From: an uncultured virus (IMG/VR IMGVR_UViG_2681813236_000004)
Lineage: Duplodnaviria; Heunggongvirae; Uroviricota; Caudoviricetes
Virus record (IMG/VR): IMGVR_UViG_2681813236_000004
Reading direction: 5' to 3' (one strand)
Length of the DNA stretch: 64,000 bases
Part shown: in pieces, positions 34,318 to 42,754 of the stretch
Layout: each line of letters opens with the position of its first letter
Position numbering within the stretch: the stretch's first letter is position 1
Position numbers and translations under genes: made by a program
The notes under the pieces: generated by a model
Seen by the model: only the letters and a program-made list of their open reading frames with translations
Database searches by the model: none
Told to the model about the DNA's origin: nothing

Positions 34318-34423
34318 TTAATACTGTATATATGTTGTTACGATATGTTTTTCTGTCTCTAAAAAAAGATGTTAATAGAATGCTAACCATTGAAGGGGAT
34401 AAAAATATACAATTCCAACAAAC

Positions 34424-34564
34424 GTTATTTTTAACAATTTTTTTCTTTGCGTTGACTTTCCCGGACACCTTGTCTGACCGAAGGTGCGCGAAAGCCACTT
34501 TTTCCTTCCTGAGTTATCCACAAAGTTATGCACTTGCAAGAGGGCCATTTTCTACATATTGTGG
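34424..34564 (+). promoter_or_regulatory. nrdA-promoter-like block with DnaA boxes and NrdR-like box
   Basis: TTATCCACA at 34514, TTGCAA-17-TATTGT, CTACATATTGTG; matches recalled E. coli nrdA upstream sequence. Confidence 0.75.
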
Positions 34565-34822
34565 TGGCTAACAGATGAAATGAATGTAAATTAATTGAAG
34601 ATAAGGAGAAAATTTGAGATGCAATCATGACGTTAATAGATAGGGTCTGCATTACAGACCCCACCCGCATCAAGGAATTAGCCGTTCCCTGATGTTTTTC
34701 CGAAAACATGTGCCGTAAGCTCACGTTAACGACCTTCATTCACCGAATCCAACTATATAGGGGTTGGGTTTCTACGTCAACGTGAGCAAGTGCACCTTTA
34801 CATTTGACAAGGAACCACCTGA

Positions 34823-34960
34823 ATGAACGCTTTTTTTCAGTTCCTGAGTGCATTTTTAGATGCGCCTGTTATTAGCCAGATTCTGGCTATTATCCTCATC
34901 ATCGTTTTGATTTTGCTTTTAAGGTCAGTAAAAAATGGAATTATGCACTGGCTTACTTAA
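34823..34960 (+). CDS. 45-aa single-TM peptide (type I toxin-like)
   Basis: MNAFFQFLSAFLDAPVISQILAIILIIVLILLLRSVKNGIMHWLT, SD AAGGA. Confidence 0.65.
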   Translation: MNAFFQFLSAFLDAPVISQILAIILIIVLILLLRSVKNGIMHWLT

Positions 34961-35035
34961 TGTTTCAGTGAAACATTAAAATATCCTTGATGAGGAAACA
35001 ATCATTTTCTGTATGTGCTGGTGGGCACCTGTAGT

Positions 35036-35398
35036 TCAGCTTTCGTTGGCATTTAACTTCGTCTTTGCTTTCTCCACCAGCAACTTCCAGATGCCTATTT
35101 CATTAGCAGCCGCCTTGATGGCGGCATAAAAAGCATCTTGCTGATCGTAACGCTGGATCTGTTTTTTCAGTTTTGCCTCCACCAATTTAATTTCATTACG
35201 TGCTTTCTGAAGCCACATCACCGCCCGGTTACATCTGTTCTTGTATAGCGTGTTAATCTCTGACAATTGCTTTAATTTACCAGCCTGACTGCGGATTATC
35301 GCCTCCCTGGCTTCTGCCGTGCGTCTCATCTGATCTCTTAAGAGTTCACCGTTTTCGATAATTCTTTCAAGGTGTTTGATGTGATCTGCAACTCTCAT
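35036..35398 (-). CDS. hypothetical coiled-coil protein
   Basis: 120 aa, ATGA-coupled. Confidence 0.75.
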   Translation of the reverse strand: MRVADHIKHLERIIENGELLRDQMRRTAEAREAIIRSQAGKLKQLSEINTLYKNRCNRAVMWLQKARNEIKLVEAKLKKQIQRYDQQDAFYAAIKAAANEIGIWKLLVEKAKTKLNANES

Positions 35399-36690
35399 AC
35401 TTCACCCTCGCTTGTATCACCAGCGTCCACCAACGACAATAAAGCCCTGGCCATCTTATGAACCAACAGTGCATCAATAATGCCAAGCGTATGCCCCGGC
35501 TTAATGTTTAATGCTGCCTCAAGATGACACCTTTCCAGACCGCTTTTCTCGGCTTGTTTATGATGATATGGCGTAATAACGTCGCCCAAAACACGGCTAA
35601 TTCTTTCTCGTAATTGCTGGGTGCCAGCACACTTGATCGCTGTATCGTGGAGACGGTTAACCAGTTCGCGATAAACATGCGGCTTAATGCGGATACGTTC
35701 ACCGGTGACGCCCTTTCCTGGCGCTGGCACCGAACTATCCGGAATATCCGGATAGTTGCCAGCCTCGTAAGCTACCCGCAGCCAGTGCATGAATGTTTCA
35801 GTGGACACACAACCACAGTCCACATCGATTTTCCCGCGTTGCTGTTCCAGCCATTGCCCAAAATCCAACCTGTAAGTCTTACTTTGGCTTACAGGTTGGC
35901 TACCCTGAAGCATGGCAGCGTGGCAGGCATACTCAACGCCCTTAACTGCATCTGCGCAGTAGTTATAGCGATTGCATTCCACTAACTTCTGCTTGAGATT
36001 TTCAATTGCTTGTGCGACATCAGCCTGTATTGGTGGAACGGCTGTCTGCTGCTCTCGAACGTCATTAGTCGCTATCGGTTCTGCTGCCAACTGACTGGCA
36101 TATTTGTTAATGGTAACGATAAGCTCTTGCTCAGCCTCATCCAGACAATCACCGATACCTCGTCTGTCGCCGTCAAAATCATCGAAATCAGCACGAACTC
36201 TGGCAAACTTCAGGATTGCGGACAACACCTCACCAGGAATTACCGGAGAGTTGGTTGACGTTTCCGCAATTTCCCGAAAATTATTGGTTGACGAATTCGC
36301 GTTTTTCCGAAAGTTTCCGGCATGAAGCATAGCCGCGCGGCAGGCGTTCCAGCCTCTCACCTCTGCAATAGCGGCAACAGCATCGACCGCGTACATGCTA
36401 AGAGGGTTAGGCATTGGTTTTTCTTCCGGTACTACTGGCGCTGGAGGGGCAGTGTAAAGCTGGTGCGTTCCATCAGGTAGCGAGTGACCCACATACTCAC
36501 CGAACCCGTCAATACACATGCCCCCATCTTCAACAATGCATTCCGCTACAGGCTCTGCTTCCAGTGATGCCAGCGCAATCCGTGCCAGCTCTTCCGCTTC
36601 TTCTGCTGGCAGTACAACGTTGCTACCAGGTCCGTATGTTTCGCGCCACTCCTTGATTGTCAGCAGTCGCTCTTTGGTAATAGTGATCAT
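35395..36690 (-). CDS. mosaic Eaa-like phage protein
   Basis: ITKERL...ELARIALASLEAEPVA and GWNACRAAML modules typical of lambdoid ea-region proteins. Confidence 0.75.
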   Translation of the reverse strand: MITITKERLLTIKEWRETYGPGSNVVLPAEEAEELARIALASLEAEPVAECIVEDGGMCIDGFGEYVGHSLPDGTHQLYTAPPAPVVPEEKPMPNPLSMYAVDAVAAIAEVRGWNACRAAMLHAGNFRKNANSSTNNFREIAETSTNSPVIPGEVLSAILKFARVRADFDDFDGDRRGIGDCLDEAEQELIVTINKYASQLAAEPIATNDVREQQTAVPPIQADVAQAIENLKQKLVECNRYNYCADAVKGVEYACHAAMLQGSQPVSQSKTYRLDFGQWLEQQRGKIDVDCGCVSTETFMHWLRVAYEAGNYPDIPDSSVPAPGKGVTGERIRIKPHVYRELVNRLHDTAIKCAGTQQLRERISRVLGDVITPYHHKQAEKSGLERCHLEAALNIKPGHTLGIIDALLVHKMARALLSLVDAGDTSEGEV

Positions 36691-37202
36691 GCCGCGTTTC
36701 CTTCTTTCTTATTAACAATTACACCGTCATATATTTCATTAAGGTGCCCTCTCAACTCCATGCGCCTTAATGCAGATAACATGTAATCGCATTCAACCTG
36801 CTTATTCCCAATAAAAGGTTTATCTTCAGGGTTACCCCAACAGCAATTCCCCTTGGGCCATCCATGTACTTTCCGTACTCTTCCGTTAACAACGTGAAGT
36901 AATCCCCAGCCAGGAGGTAAATCCTCAATTGAAATAATTCCCGGCTCACTAATAAAGAATCGCCAGTCGCCCATGCCAAGTGAGGGATTTTTACGGAAAC
37001 GCTTTTTTCTATCTGCCAACAAATCAGCACGAGAACACTTCGCCTCTATCAGGCATGATGCTGAATTTCTGAATCCCATAGCATCTGGCTGTTCTCCGGT
37101 ACTGGTTACAGCTATAAAGCGGTCATGAAAACAAACCTTGAACCCGTTGCGCTTAAGGAACTTGTACGCAATCTGACAGAGTTCGCGGTGTGTTAACGCC
37201 AT
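36687..37202 (-). CDS. PD-(D/E)xK nuclease-like protein (MmcB-like)
   Basis: EQPDA...IEAKCSRADLLAD. Confidence 0.7.
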   Translation of the reverse strand: MALTHRELCQIAYKFLKRNGFKVCFHDRFIAVTSTGEQPDAMGFRNSASCLIEAKCSRADLLADRKKRFRKNPSLGMGDWRFFISEPGIISIEDLPPGWGLLHVVNGRVRKVHGWPKGNCCWGNPEDKPFIGNKQVECDYMLSALRRMELRGHLNEIYDGVIVNKKEGNAA

Positions 37203-37203
37203 A

Positions 37204-37392
37204 TCACTCTCCTTTAGTGCGCAAGTGGTTTTTCCAGCGGTTTTGCGCCGCGCTGGGCTTTTTGCAAAAACCACAATCCATCATCCCGTAATATTTCATC
37301 AACCCCATCCGTCGGTTGCTGAGTCTCACCCACTGCCAGACGCCAGGAGCGTTTCTACGAACTAACAGAATCTTTGCTTTACGGTTTTTCAT
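37204..37392 (-). CDS. small basic protein (MKNRKAK paralog 2)
   Basis: 62 aa, coupled overlap. Confidence 0.65.
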   Translation of the reverse strand: MKNRKAKILLVRRNAPGVWQWVRLSNRRMGLMKYYGMMDCGFCKKPSAAQNRWKNHLRTKGE

Positions 37393-37565
37393 CTTACAGC
37401 GTACCCTTTCTTCCGCCTGTTCTGTGACGCAGTAGGCTTACGCTTTGCGGCAAAAGCCACCTGACCAAATGGATGGAGTACCGCTATCTTATGGTTGCTA
37501 ATAACCAGCTCCACCACACGCACAGGTCGCTGTAAAAAAAGTCGTTTTGCCTTACGGTTTTTCAT
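37389..37565 (-). CDS. small basic protein (MKNRKAK paralog 1)
   Basis: 58 aa read manually, ATGA overlaps at both ends. Confidence 0.65.
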   Translation of the reverse strand: MKNRKAKRLFLQRPVRVVELVISNHKIAVLHPFGQVAFAAKRKPTASQNRRKKGYAVR

Positions 37566-37738
37566 CGCTTTGCTCTCCTGCGTCTCTTTGCTGCTCGTCG
37601 TGCCGCTGCAATACCGGTATGGCGGCGCTTTGGTGCCGGGATGATGTTGTCAGCCATCAGGACATGTGGCTTTGCAATTAGCGCAGAAGCCCAAAAACGA
37701 GTCGGGTACGGTAACAAGCCGATACATGCCACACGCAC
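37562..37738 (-). CDS. small Arg-rich protein
   Basis: 58 aa, GTG start, ends AARRAAKRRRRAKR. Confidence 0.6.
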   Translation of the reverse strand: MRVACIGLLPYPTRFWASALIAKPHVLMADNIIPAPKRRHTGIAAARRAAKRRRRAKR

Positions 37739-38493
37739 TACTCACCTCCGTTGATGCGAATGCCAGCGGCACGGGAATCATTCCATCGCTTTACTTCTTC
37801 ACGAATTACGTCAATGCATTCTTTCGAATCCATTAGGTAATCTTCATCAAAAAGCCTTTCCTGTTCGTTTTCTATCGCAACAATGATTGCTTCAACTAAC
37901 TTTTGTGCCTGAGAACCACTTTCTAACTCTGCAATGCGCTTCTCTGCGGCTTCCAGCTTCTCGCGCATATCGTCAACGTACTCGACCAGAGATCCGCCAG
38001 CAGGAATTTCGCACTCCTCGACCAGTTGGAAGTAGATATCAGCTGCGGCCCGTGTGTTGCTATGCCTAGCGTCGCCCATCTCACCTTCACGAAGAGCATC
38101 GCGTTCGGCGGTAAGATTGGCTATTTTGCTGTCTTTGCCTTCCAGCTCAACGCGAAGCCTCCCTACCGTTAGCGCAATTTCCTCGTTCTCCTGGTCACGG
38201 CGTTTGATGTATTGCTGGTTTCTTTCCAGTTCATCCAGTAATGCCGTCACGGTAGCTGGATTGGCTGCGGCGATGAATTCAGCATTGGCCTGCTGTTCTA
38301 TTTGGAAATCTTCATCGAAACCGCTTTCAGGATGCGCTCCTTCAATTCTGCAAATGGGAATATATCCAGCAACTTCACGATGAATTAGCGCATCATCACC
38401 ATCAAATCGGCTCTTTCCATATTCGAGCGACCACTCGCCACACGTTGCTTTTTCTGCCTTAGCACGCAGTGCCTGATAATCAATCTTGCTCAC
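37738..38493 (-). CDS. Ead/Ea22-like protein
   Basis: IDYQALRAKAEKAT and ANAEFIAAANPATV motifs. Confidence 0.85.
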   Translation of the reverse strand: MSKIDYQALRAKAEKATCGEWSLEYGKSRFDGDDALIHREVAGYIPICRIEGAHPESGFDEDFQIEQQANAEFIAAANPATVTALLDELERNQQYIKRRDQENEEIALTVGRLRVELEGKDSKIANLTAERDALREGEMGDARHSNTRAAADIYFQLVEECEIPAGGSLVEYVDDMREKLEAAEKRIAELESGSQAQKLVEAIIVAIENEQERLFDEDYLMDSKECIDVIREEVKRWNDSRAAGIRINGGE

Positions 38494-39203
38494 TGGTTGC
38501 CTCCTTTGCGAAGCTGGGCAGCAAAGTCAACTAACCACTCAGTCATTTCAACCTTCCCTACCAGGTCTGAACCAGGGTGCATACAGCAATCACTCTGCGC
38601 CGCTTTGAAATCCTTATACTCATATTCTTGGGCCACCAGATTTTTTGCAGCTTCTATAGCAGCATCCACCCCCTGCGCCCGAACTTCAGCCAGGAAAGCG
38701 TCGGTGGCTGGAATTTGCGGCATCCCTCCGTCTGTTGCGCAGATATACGCATCAGATATTTCATCCTGCTGGCCATCAAACACGTAGCAACAGCCCCTGA
38801 TAAACAGCTTCATTGAGGCATTCTCCACTGCCAGCGCCGTGCGATTACCATCCAGCTCTGCAATGCGCTGTTTTGCGGCATCCAGTTCAATCGACAATTT
38901 TTCCAACTGCTCTTGATGCTTCTTGTATTCCTGATATGCGTGCCAAGACTGACCTTTGCGCACACTATCAGTGATATCAGTAATCTGTTCTGGTGTTAGC
39001 GTGGTCAGTGGCTGTGATGGGAAAATAAGCACTTTCCCGGAATCCCAATCAAAACCAGCGTGAATTGACTGAACCTCAACTGAAGGTGTTGAACCAATGC
39101 TGCCAGGCGAATGAACAACGATCGTTACATCCATATCGCGACGATGGCTGTGGTTGTTGGACAAAATACGATTCACCAACTCAGAAAATTTGGAAAATTT
39201 CAT
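38490..39203 (-). CDS. ea-region mosaic protein
   Basis: PATDAFLAEVRAQGV and FAAQLRKG modules. Confidence 0.75.
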   Translation of the reverse strand: MKFSKFSELVNRILSNNHSHRRDMDVTIVVHSPGSIGSTPSVEVQSIHAGFDWDSGKVLIFPSQPLTTLTPEQITDITDSVRKGQSWHAYQEYKKHQEQLEKLSIELDAAKQRIAELDGNRTALAVENASMKLFIRGCCYVFDGQQDEISDAYICATDGGMPQIPATDAFLAEVRAQGVDAAIEAAKNLVAQEYEYKDFKAAQSDCCMHPGSDLVGKVEMTEWLVDFAAQLRKGGNQ

Positions 39204-39490
39204 GCTGATTCCCCTTTCTCTGCTCTCTCCTGTCGGAACATCACTATCATCAGGTCGCCTTTTGTCGCTATCCTGGCTGTTGTACCTGGTTCAATGCGGC
39301 TAAGCTCAAATGCGTCATAGAACGCTTCTAATGCCTTCTGGCGTAGTTCCTGTTTGCGCCGTTTTTTCCACTGTTTTAGGAAAATGGAACCCAGCCATCG
39401 CCATGTACGGGACATGATGTAAAGCCAACCGAGAAGTGCCAGACCGGTATTTAGGAGCGTATCGATCGTTATTGTCGTGTCGATATTCAC
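39200..39490 (-). CDS. hypothetical protein with N-terminal TM
   Basis: 96 aa, GTGA overlap. Confidence 0.65.
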   Translation of the reverse strand: MNIDTTITIDTLLNTGLALLGWLYIMSRTWRWLGSIFLKQWKKRRKQELRQKALEAFYDAFELSRIEPGTTARIATKGDLMIVMFRQERAEKGESA

Positions 39491-40353
39491 TGGCTGCTTC
39501 CTTTGCGAATCTGTTCCGCCCATTCTTCAAGGGATTTCTCCGCATATTCACCAGACAGGCCATCAATCGGATGCGCTTCATTAGCCAACTCTTCTTTCGC
39601 TGACAAAATCATGCGTGTAACGTCGAAAACTTCACGCAAAGACTTATTGATAAATCCGTGATTGAACGCAGCAGCAAGACGGCTGGCGGTATAGTTAATC
39701 CCCTCGTTGCGTGCTTCCGCACGTACTTCAGCAAGGAAAGCATCGGTGGCTGGGGTTTCGACATTAGGTCGAAGCTCATAATCACAAACTCTTTCAATCC
39801 ATGGTGATACTCTGTCGCATTTCCTCTTCTTGCGTTCACCGACCTTGGTTGCCTGCTGAATAATTACCCCCCAGCAAATGCTTTCGACCTCTTCGCTCCA
39901 TCCATCGCAAGCATCGCCTCTATAGTCGTCAATTGCAGCCTCAGCAGCAGCGATAGCCTCCTCAGCAGTTTTGTGACACTCGAAACTAAATTCAGAGCCA
40001 TATGAGAAATACATAGCCCCGGCCTTAAGCCCCGCATTCTCCGCCACCAGCGCCGCGAGATTAGTCTCAAGCTCTGCAATTCGACACATAGCATCAATAT
40101 TTGTGTCCTCCAGGCGCTTAATTTCACCAAGCAGCTCCAGTGCAACCTTTGGGTTGAACGCGGCAACATAACGAGCGTTGTTCTCTGCATTTTTCTGTCC
40201 ATCAAAGCCGGTCCATTTGATAACGTCTTCACATCGTTCATCACCGGGCGTGTGCACCGCATAAGTACCAGTATCCGTCGAAATAAATGCGACCCATTCA
40301 TCTGGTGTTGCCTTTTCTGCCGCCTCACGCAGTACCTGATAGTCAATTGTCAT
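39487..40353 (-). CDS. Ead/Ea22-like protein
   Basis: IDYQVLREAAEKAT and NNARYVAAFNP motifs. Confidence 0.82.
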   Translation of the reverse strand: MTIDYQVLREAAEKATPDEWVAFISTDTGTYAVHTPGDERCEDVIKWTGFDGQKNAENNARYVAAFNPKVALELLGEIKRLEDTNIDAMCRIAELETNLAALVAENAGLKAGAMYFSYGSEFSFECHKTAEEAIAAAEAAIDDYRGDACDGWSEEVESICWGVIIQQATKVGERKKRKCDRVSPWIERVCDYELRPNVETPATDAFLAEVRAEARNEGINYTASRLAAAFNHGFINKSLREVFDVTRMILSAKEELANEAHPIDGLSGEYAEKSLEEWAEQIRKGSSQ

Positions 40354-40994
40354 TCTCGCCATCCTTCACAGTTGTAATCACTACAGCCTTCAAAATCATA
40401 TGGGCTGTACTGCCAAGTTATTTTTCCGCAATGCGGACAATTCCAACGCACCTTCCCGCTTCGCGACTTCTTTCTTCTGTTCTGCTCTTTCAACCAGTCA
40501 GGCATGACCAAACCTGCGCCCTGAACCATTGTTCTGCGGTTAAAGTTATTGATATTGAACGTCCGACGCTTTGCTGCATCAGCAATGGAAAATGGCAACC
40601 AAACTATTCCTGGTTCGTTTTTGTTGGCGACGCTAAAGATGGTCGCTTTACTGAAGTCATCTGTTGGCAATCCACCGTGTTGAAGCCAGTAAACATCGTT
40701 GCCGTTCCAGCTACCTTTTTTGTAGGCCACATACGCAGTGCAATCTGACTCAATCAGGCTTTCTGTGGGGATGTACTGGCAATCAACGTGCCACACAGCC
40801 ATTGCATCCACGCTATCAGCGCAAACAGGCTGATCGATATCTCGTCCACAATTCCAGGCTTTTTGGGCTTCTTCCAGCGTGTAAACATGAGCGCGATCGA
40901 TATCAGAACTGTAACCATTGCCGTTATGGCAATGGAATGAGGCGTTATTACCCACAGTTTCACGCAAGCACATCATGTAAAAGCGGTTATTCAC
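40350..40994 (-). CDS. hypothetical protein with C-terminal Zn ribbon
   Basis: 214 aa, CPHCG...CSDYNC. Confidence 0.75.
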   Translation of the reverse strand: MNNRFYMMCLRETVGNNASFHCHNGNGYSSDIDRAHVYTLEEAQKAWNCGRDIDQPVCADSVDAMAVWHVDCQYIPTESLIESDCTAYVAYKKGSWNGNDVYWLQHGGLPTDDFSKATIFSVANKNEPGIVWLPFSIADAAKRRTFNINNFNRRTMVQGAGLVMPDWLKEQNRRKKSRSGKVRWNCPHCGKITWQYSPYDFEGCSDYNCEGWRE

Positions 40995-41247
40995 TGGTTG
41001 CCTCCGCTTCCCACGTTTTCAGACTTTCACCACAGAACGGGCAAAATGAAACTCGAATAGGCGATTTAGAAAATTCACCAGACCGCAGCATGATCAGGTC
41101 TTGTGAATGAATTAATTCATGGTTATAGATTTTGTATTTCAGCAGACCTTTTCGCGTCGTGTATTCAGCGTCATGCTCCAGGGATTGTGCCAACGCCGCG
41201 CACGGTTCTATCTTGTTGCCATTAATTTGGCATTTTGACTCACTCAC
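40987..41247 (-). CDS. small Zn-ribbon protein
   Basis: 86 aa, FCPFCGE. Confidence 0.7.
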   Translation of the reverse strand: MSESKCQINGNKIEPCAALAQSLEHDAEYTTRKGLLKYKIYNHELIHSQDLIMLRSGEFSKSPIRVSFCPFCGESLKTWEAEATSE

Positions 41248-41980
41248 TGGTTGCCCCCTGAATACGCTCAAACTCGATTACCCACACCCAGGGATTAGCG
41301 TTCCAGCTTTCTTCACCATAGATGGATTCCCACAGGCGCTGGAACGCAACCTTGGCCATTGCGAAATCTCCCTTGGGAGTTAGGAATGTTCCCGGGTGAT
41401 CAGGAAGCAAACTTCCAGCAGGCGGAACGCCCTCAGCCCTTGCATCGCATTCGCTGATATCGTTCAACCGTTCAACGCGCACGTTGGTAATTTCCAACAG
41501 AATGCGTGATGCCCATCGCGGCATGTGAATTGATGGACGCCACCCACCATCAAACTTTTCATTCACAGTGTGAGGTTTCCAGTCGGCATCATCGGGTATC
41601 GACCATAAGCCGTAATCACCAGGTTTTTGCTCGCAACTGGCCCGATAAATCCTTGCTGCGTTCTTCTCATCGCCACGACAAAGGTTGTCGTTCCAGTCCA
41701 CACTGCAACCATCCTCATTGCCTAATATCGCCCATGTTTCACGAACCCAAATTCGATCGCCGACGATACCAAAGGGGCAATTGAAAACACTGCTTACACC
41801 ATCAGCCCCGTACCACTGAAAACCTGCACCAATTTCCCTAACCATCACTGGTGCTTCTGGACCAACTTCCGCAGGCTGATTTTTCATTATCCGCCGCGTC
41901 TGCGTTTTCCTTCCTTCGAGGATGGCTCGGACCATCTCATCGTTGAAAATCATGCCGCGCTCTTTCACTTCGCCTTTCAT
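41240..41980 (-). CDS. pmgT: PmgT-like ASCH/PUA-like protein
   Basis: AILEGRKTQTRR, GDRIWVRETW, PSIHMPRWASR, NPWVWVIEF. Confidence 0.75.
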   Translation of the reverse strand: MKGEVKERGMIFNDEMVRAILEGRKTQTRRIMKNQPAEVGPEAPVMVREIGAGFQWYGADGVSSVFNCPFGIVGDRIWVRETWAILGNEDGCSVDWNDNLCRGDEKNAARIYRASCEQKPGDYGLWSIPDDADWKPHTVNEKFDGGWRPSIHMPRWASRILLEITNVRVERLNDISECDARAEGVPPAGSLLPDHPGTFLTPKGDFAMAKVAFQRLWESIYGEESWNANPWVWVIEFERIQGATSE

Positions 41981-41989
41981 GCATCCCCC

Positions 41990-42076
41990 TTACCCATGCG
42001 CGACGATGCCGCCAAAAGTGATAGAGAACAGCCAGAAATAGATCGCGGCCATAATGATTTTGAATGCCGTGTTCAT
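41990..42076 (-). CDS. 28-aa hydrophobic peptide
   Basis: MNTAFKIIMAAIYFWLFSITFGGIVAHG, SD AGGAG. Confidence 0.6.
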   Translation of the reverse strand: MNTAFKIIMAAIYFWLFSITFGGIVAHG

Positions 42077-42158
42077 ATTTTCAGCTCCTGTGATTGATTG
42101 GATACATGCCGCGTCTTGCGGCATGTTTTTATTTTCACTTTCTCTGTTTTAAAAATCA

Positions 42159-42175
42159 AGATTTATTAGAGCAAT
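42159..42175 (-). promoter_or_regulatory. C1 operator
   Basis: ATTGCTCTAATAAATCT. Confidence 0.92.
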
Positions 42176-42681
42176 TATTGCTGATGGAGAAGCGCGTTTT
42201 CATACTCCCTGACCATTAACGTAAGTACGCCGTGTCTCCTGAAAACACGCGCCACTTCAATCTTATCTTCCAGCGCGAACGCAATTTTACTCAGACCAAT
42301 TTTCTTAAGGAGATCAATCTTTGCTGGGCCGTCATTTCTGTCATCGGTGGCAGGACGCATAGATAGCAAAGGCTCAGCCCCGTTTGTTACGTACTTCCGC
42401 AGCCAAGCTCGTGTTTTATCCCTTGCGATCTCACAGCGCCCGGTTACAAACCAGACCGTGTAAACGTTAAATAACTGGCGCACCATATCAATAACTGGAG
42501 TGATGGGAGTATCGGTGTCACAGGCGAGATTAAACTCGTTCCAGTCCTTTGTTAATGCACCTTTACCTGGTGGCGGAAGCAAATGCAGTCTGTCTTCCGT
42601 TGCCTCCGATATCGTCCCATCAATATCTACTATGACGATATACGGACGTTCCTGGTGTGCGTGTTTATTGAAAATACTCAA
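42175..42681 (-). CDS. pap: HAD acid phosphatase Pap
   Basis: DIDGT, VTGR, LEDK motifs. Confidence 0.88.
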   Translation of the reverse strand: MSIFNKHAHQERPYIVIVDIDGTISEATEDRLHLLPPPGKGALTKDWNEFNLACDTDTPITPVIDMVRQLFNVYTVWFVTGRCEIARDKTRAWLRKYVTNGAEPLLSMRPATDDRNDGPAKIDLLKKIGLSKIAFALEDKIEVARVFRRHGVLTLMVREYENALLHQQ

Positions 42682-42754
42682 ATGCCCTCCTCATTGGACG
42701 AAAAAAATGCTGGTGGGACGCACTCCACCAGCATTAAAAGTGACACTGTAACTA

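Noticed and set aside
34322..34341. Functional LexA box
   Set aside because: Only the left half (TACTGTATAT) is present, with no CAG at the required spacing.
34223..34739. Track ORFs across the nrdA-like block
   Set aside because: Region is better explained as promoter and structured leader; no protein motifs.
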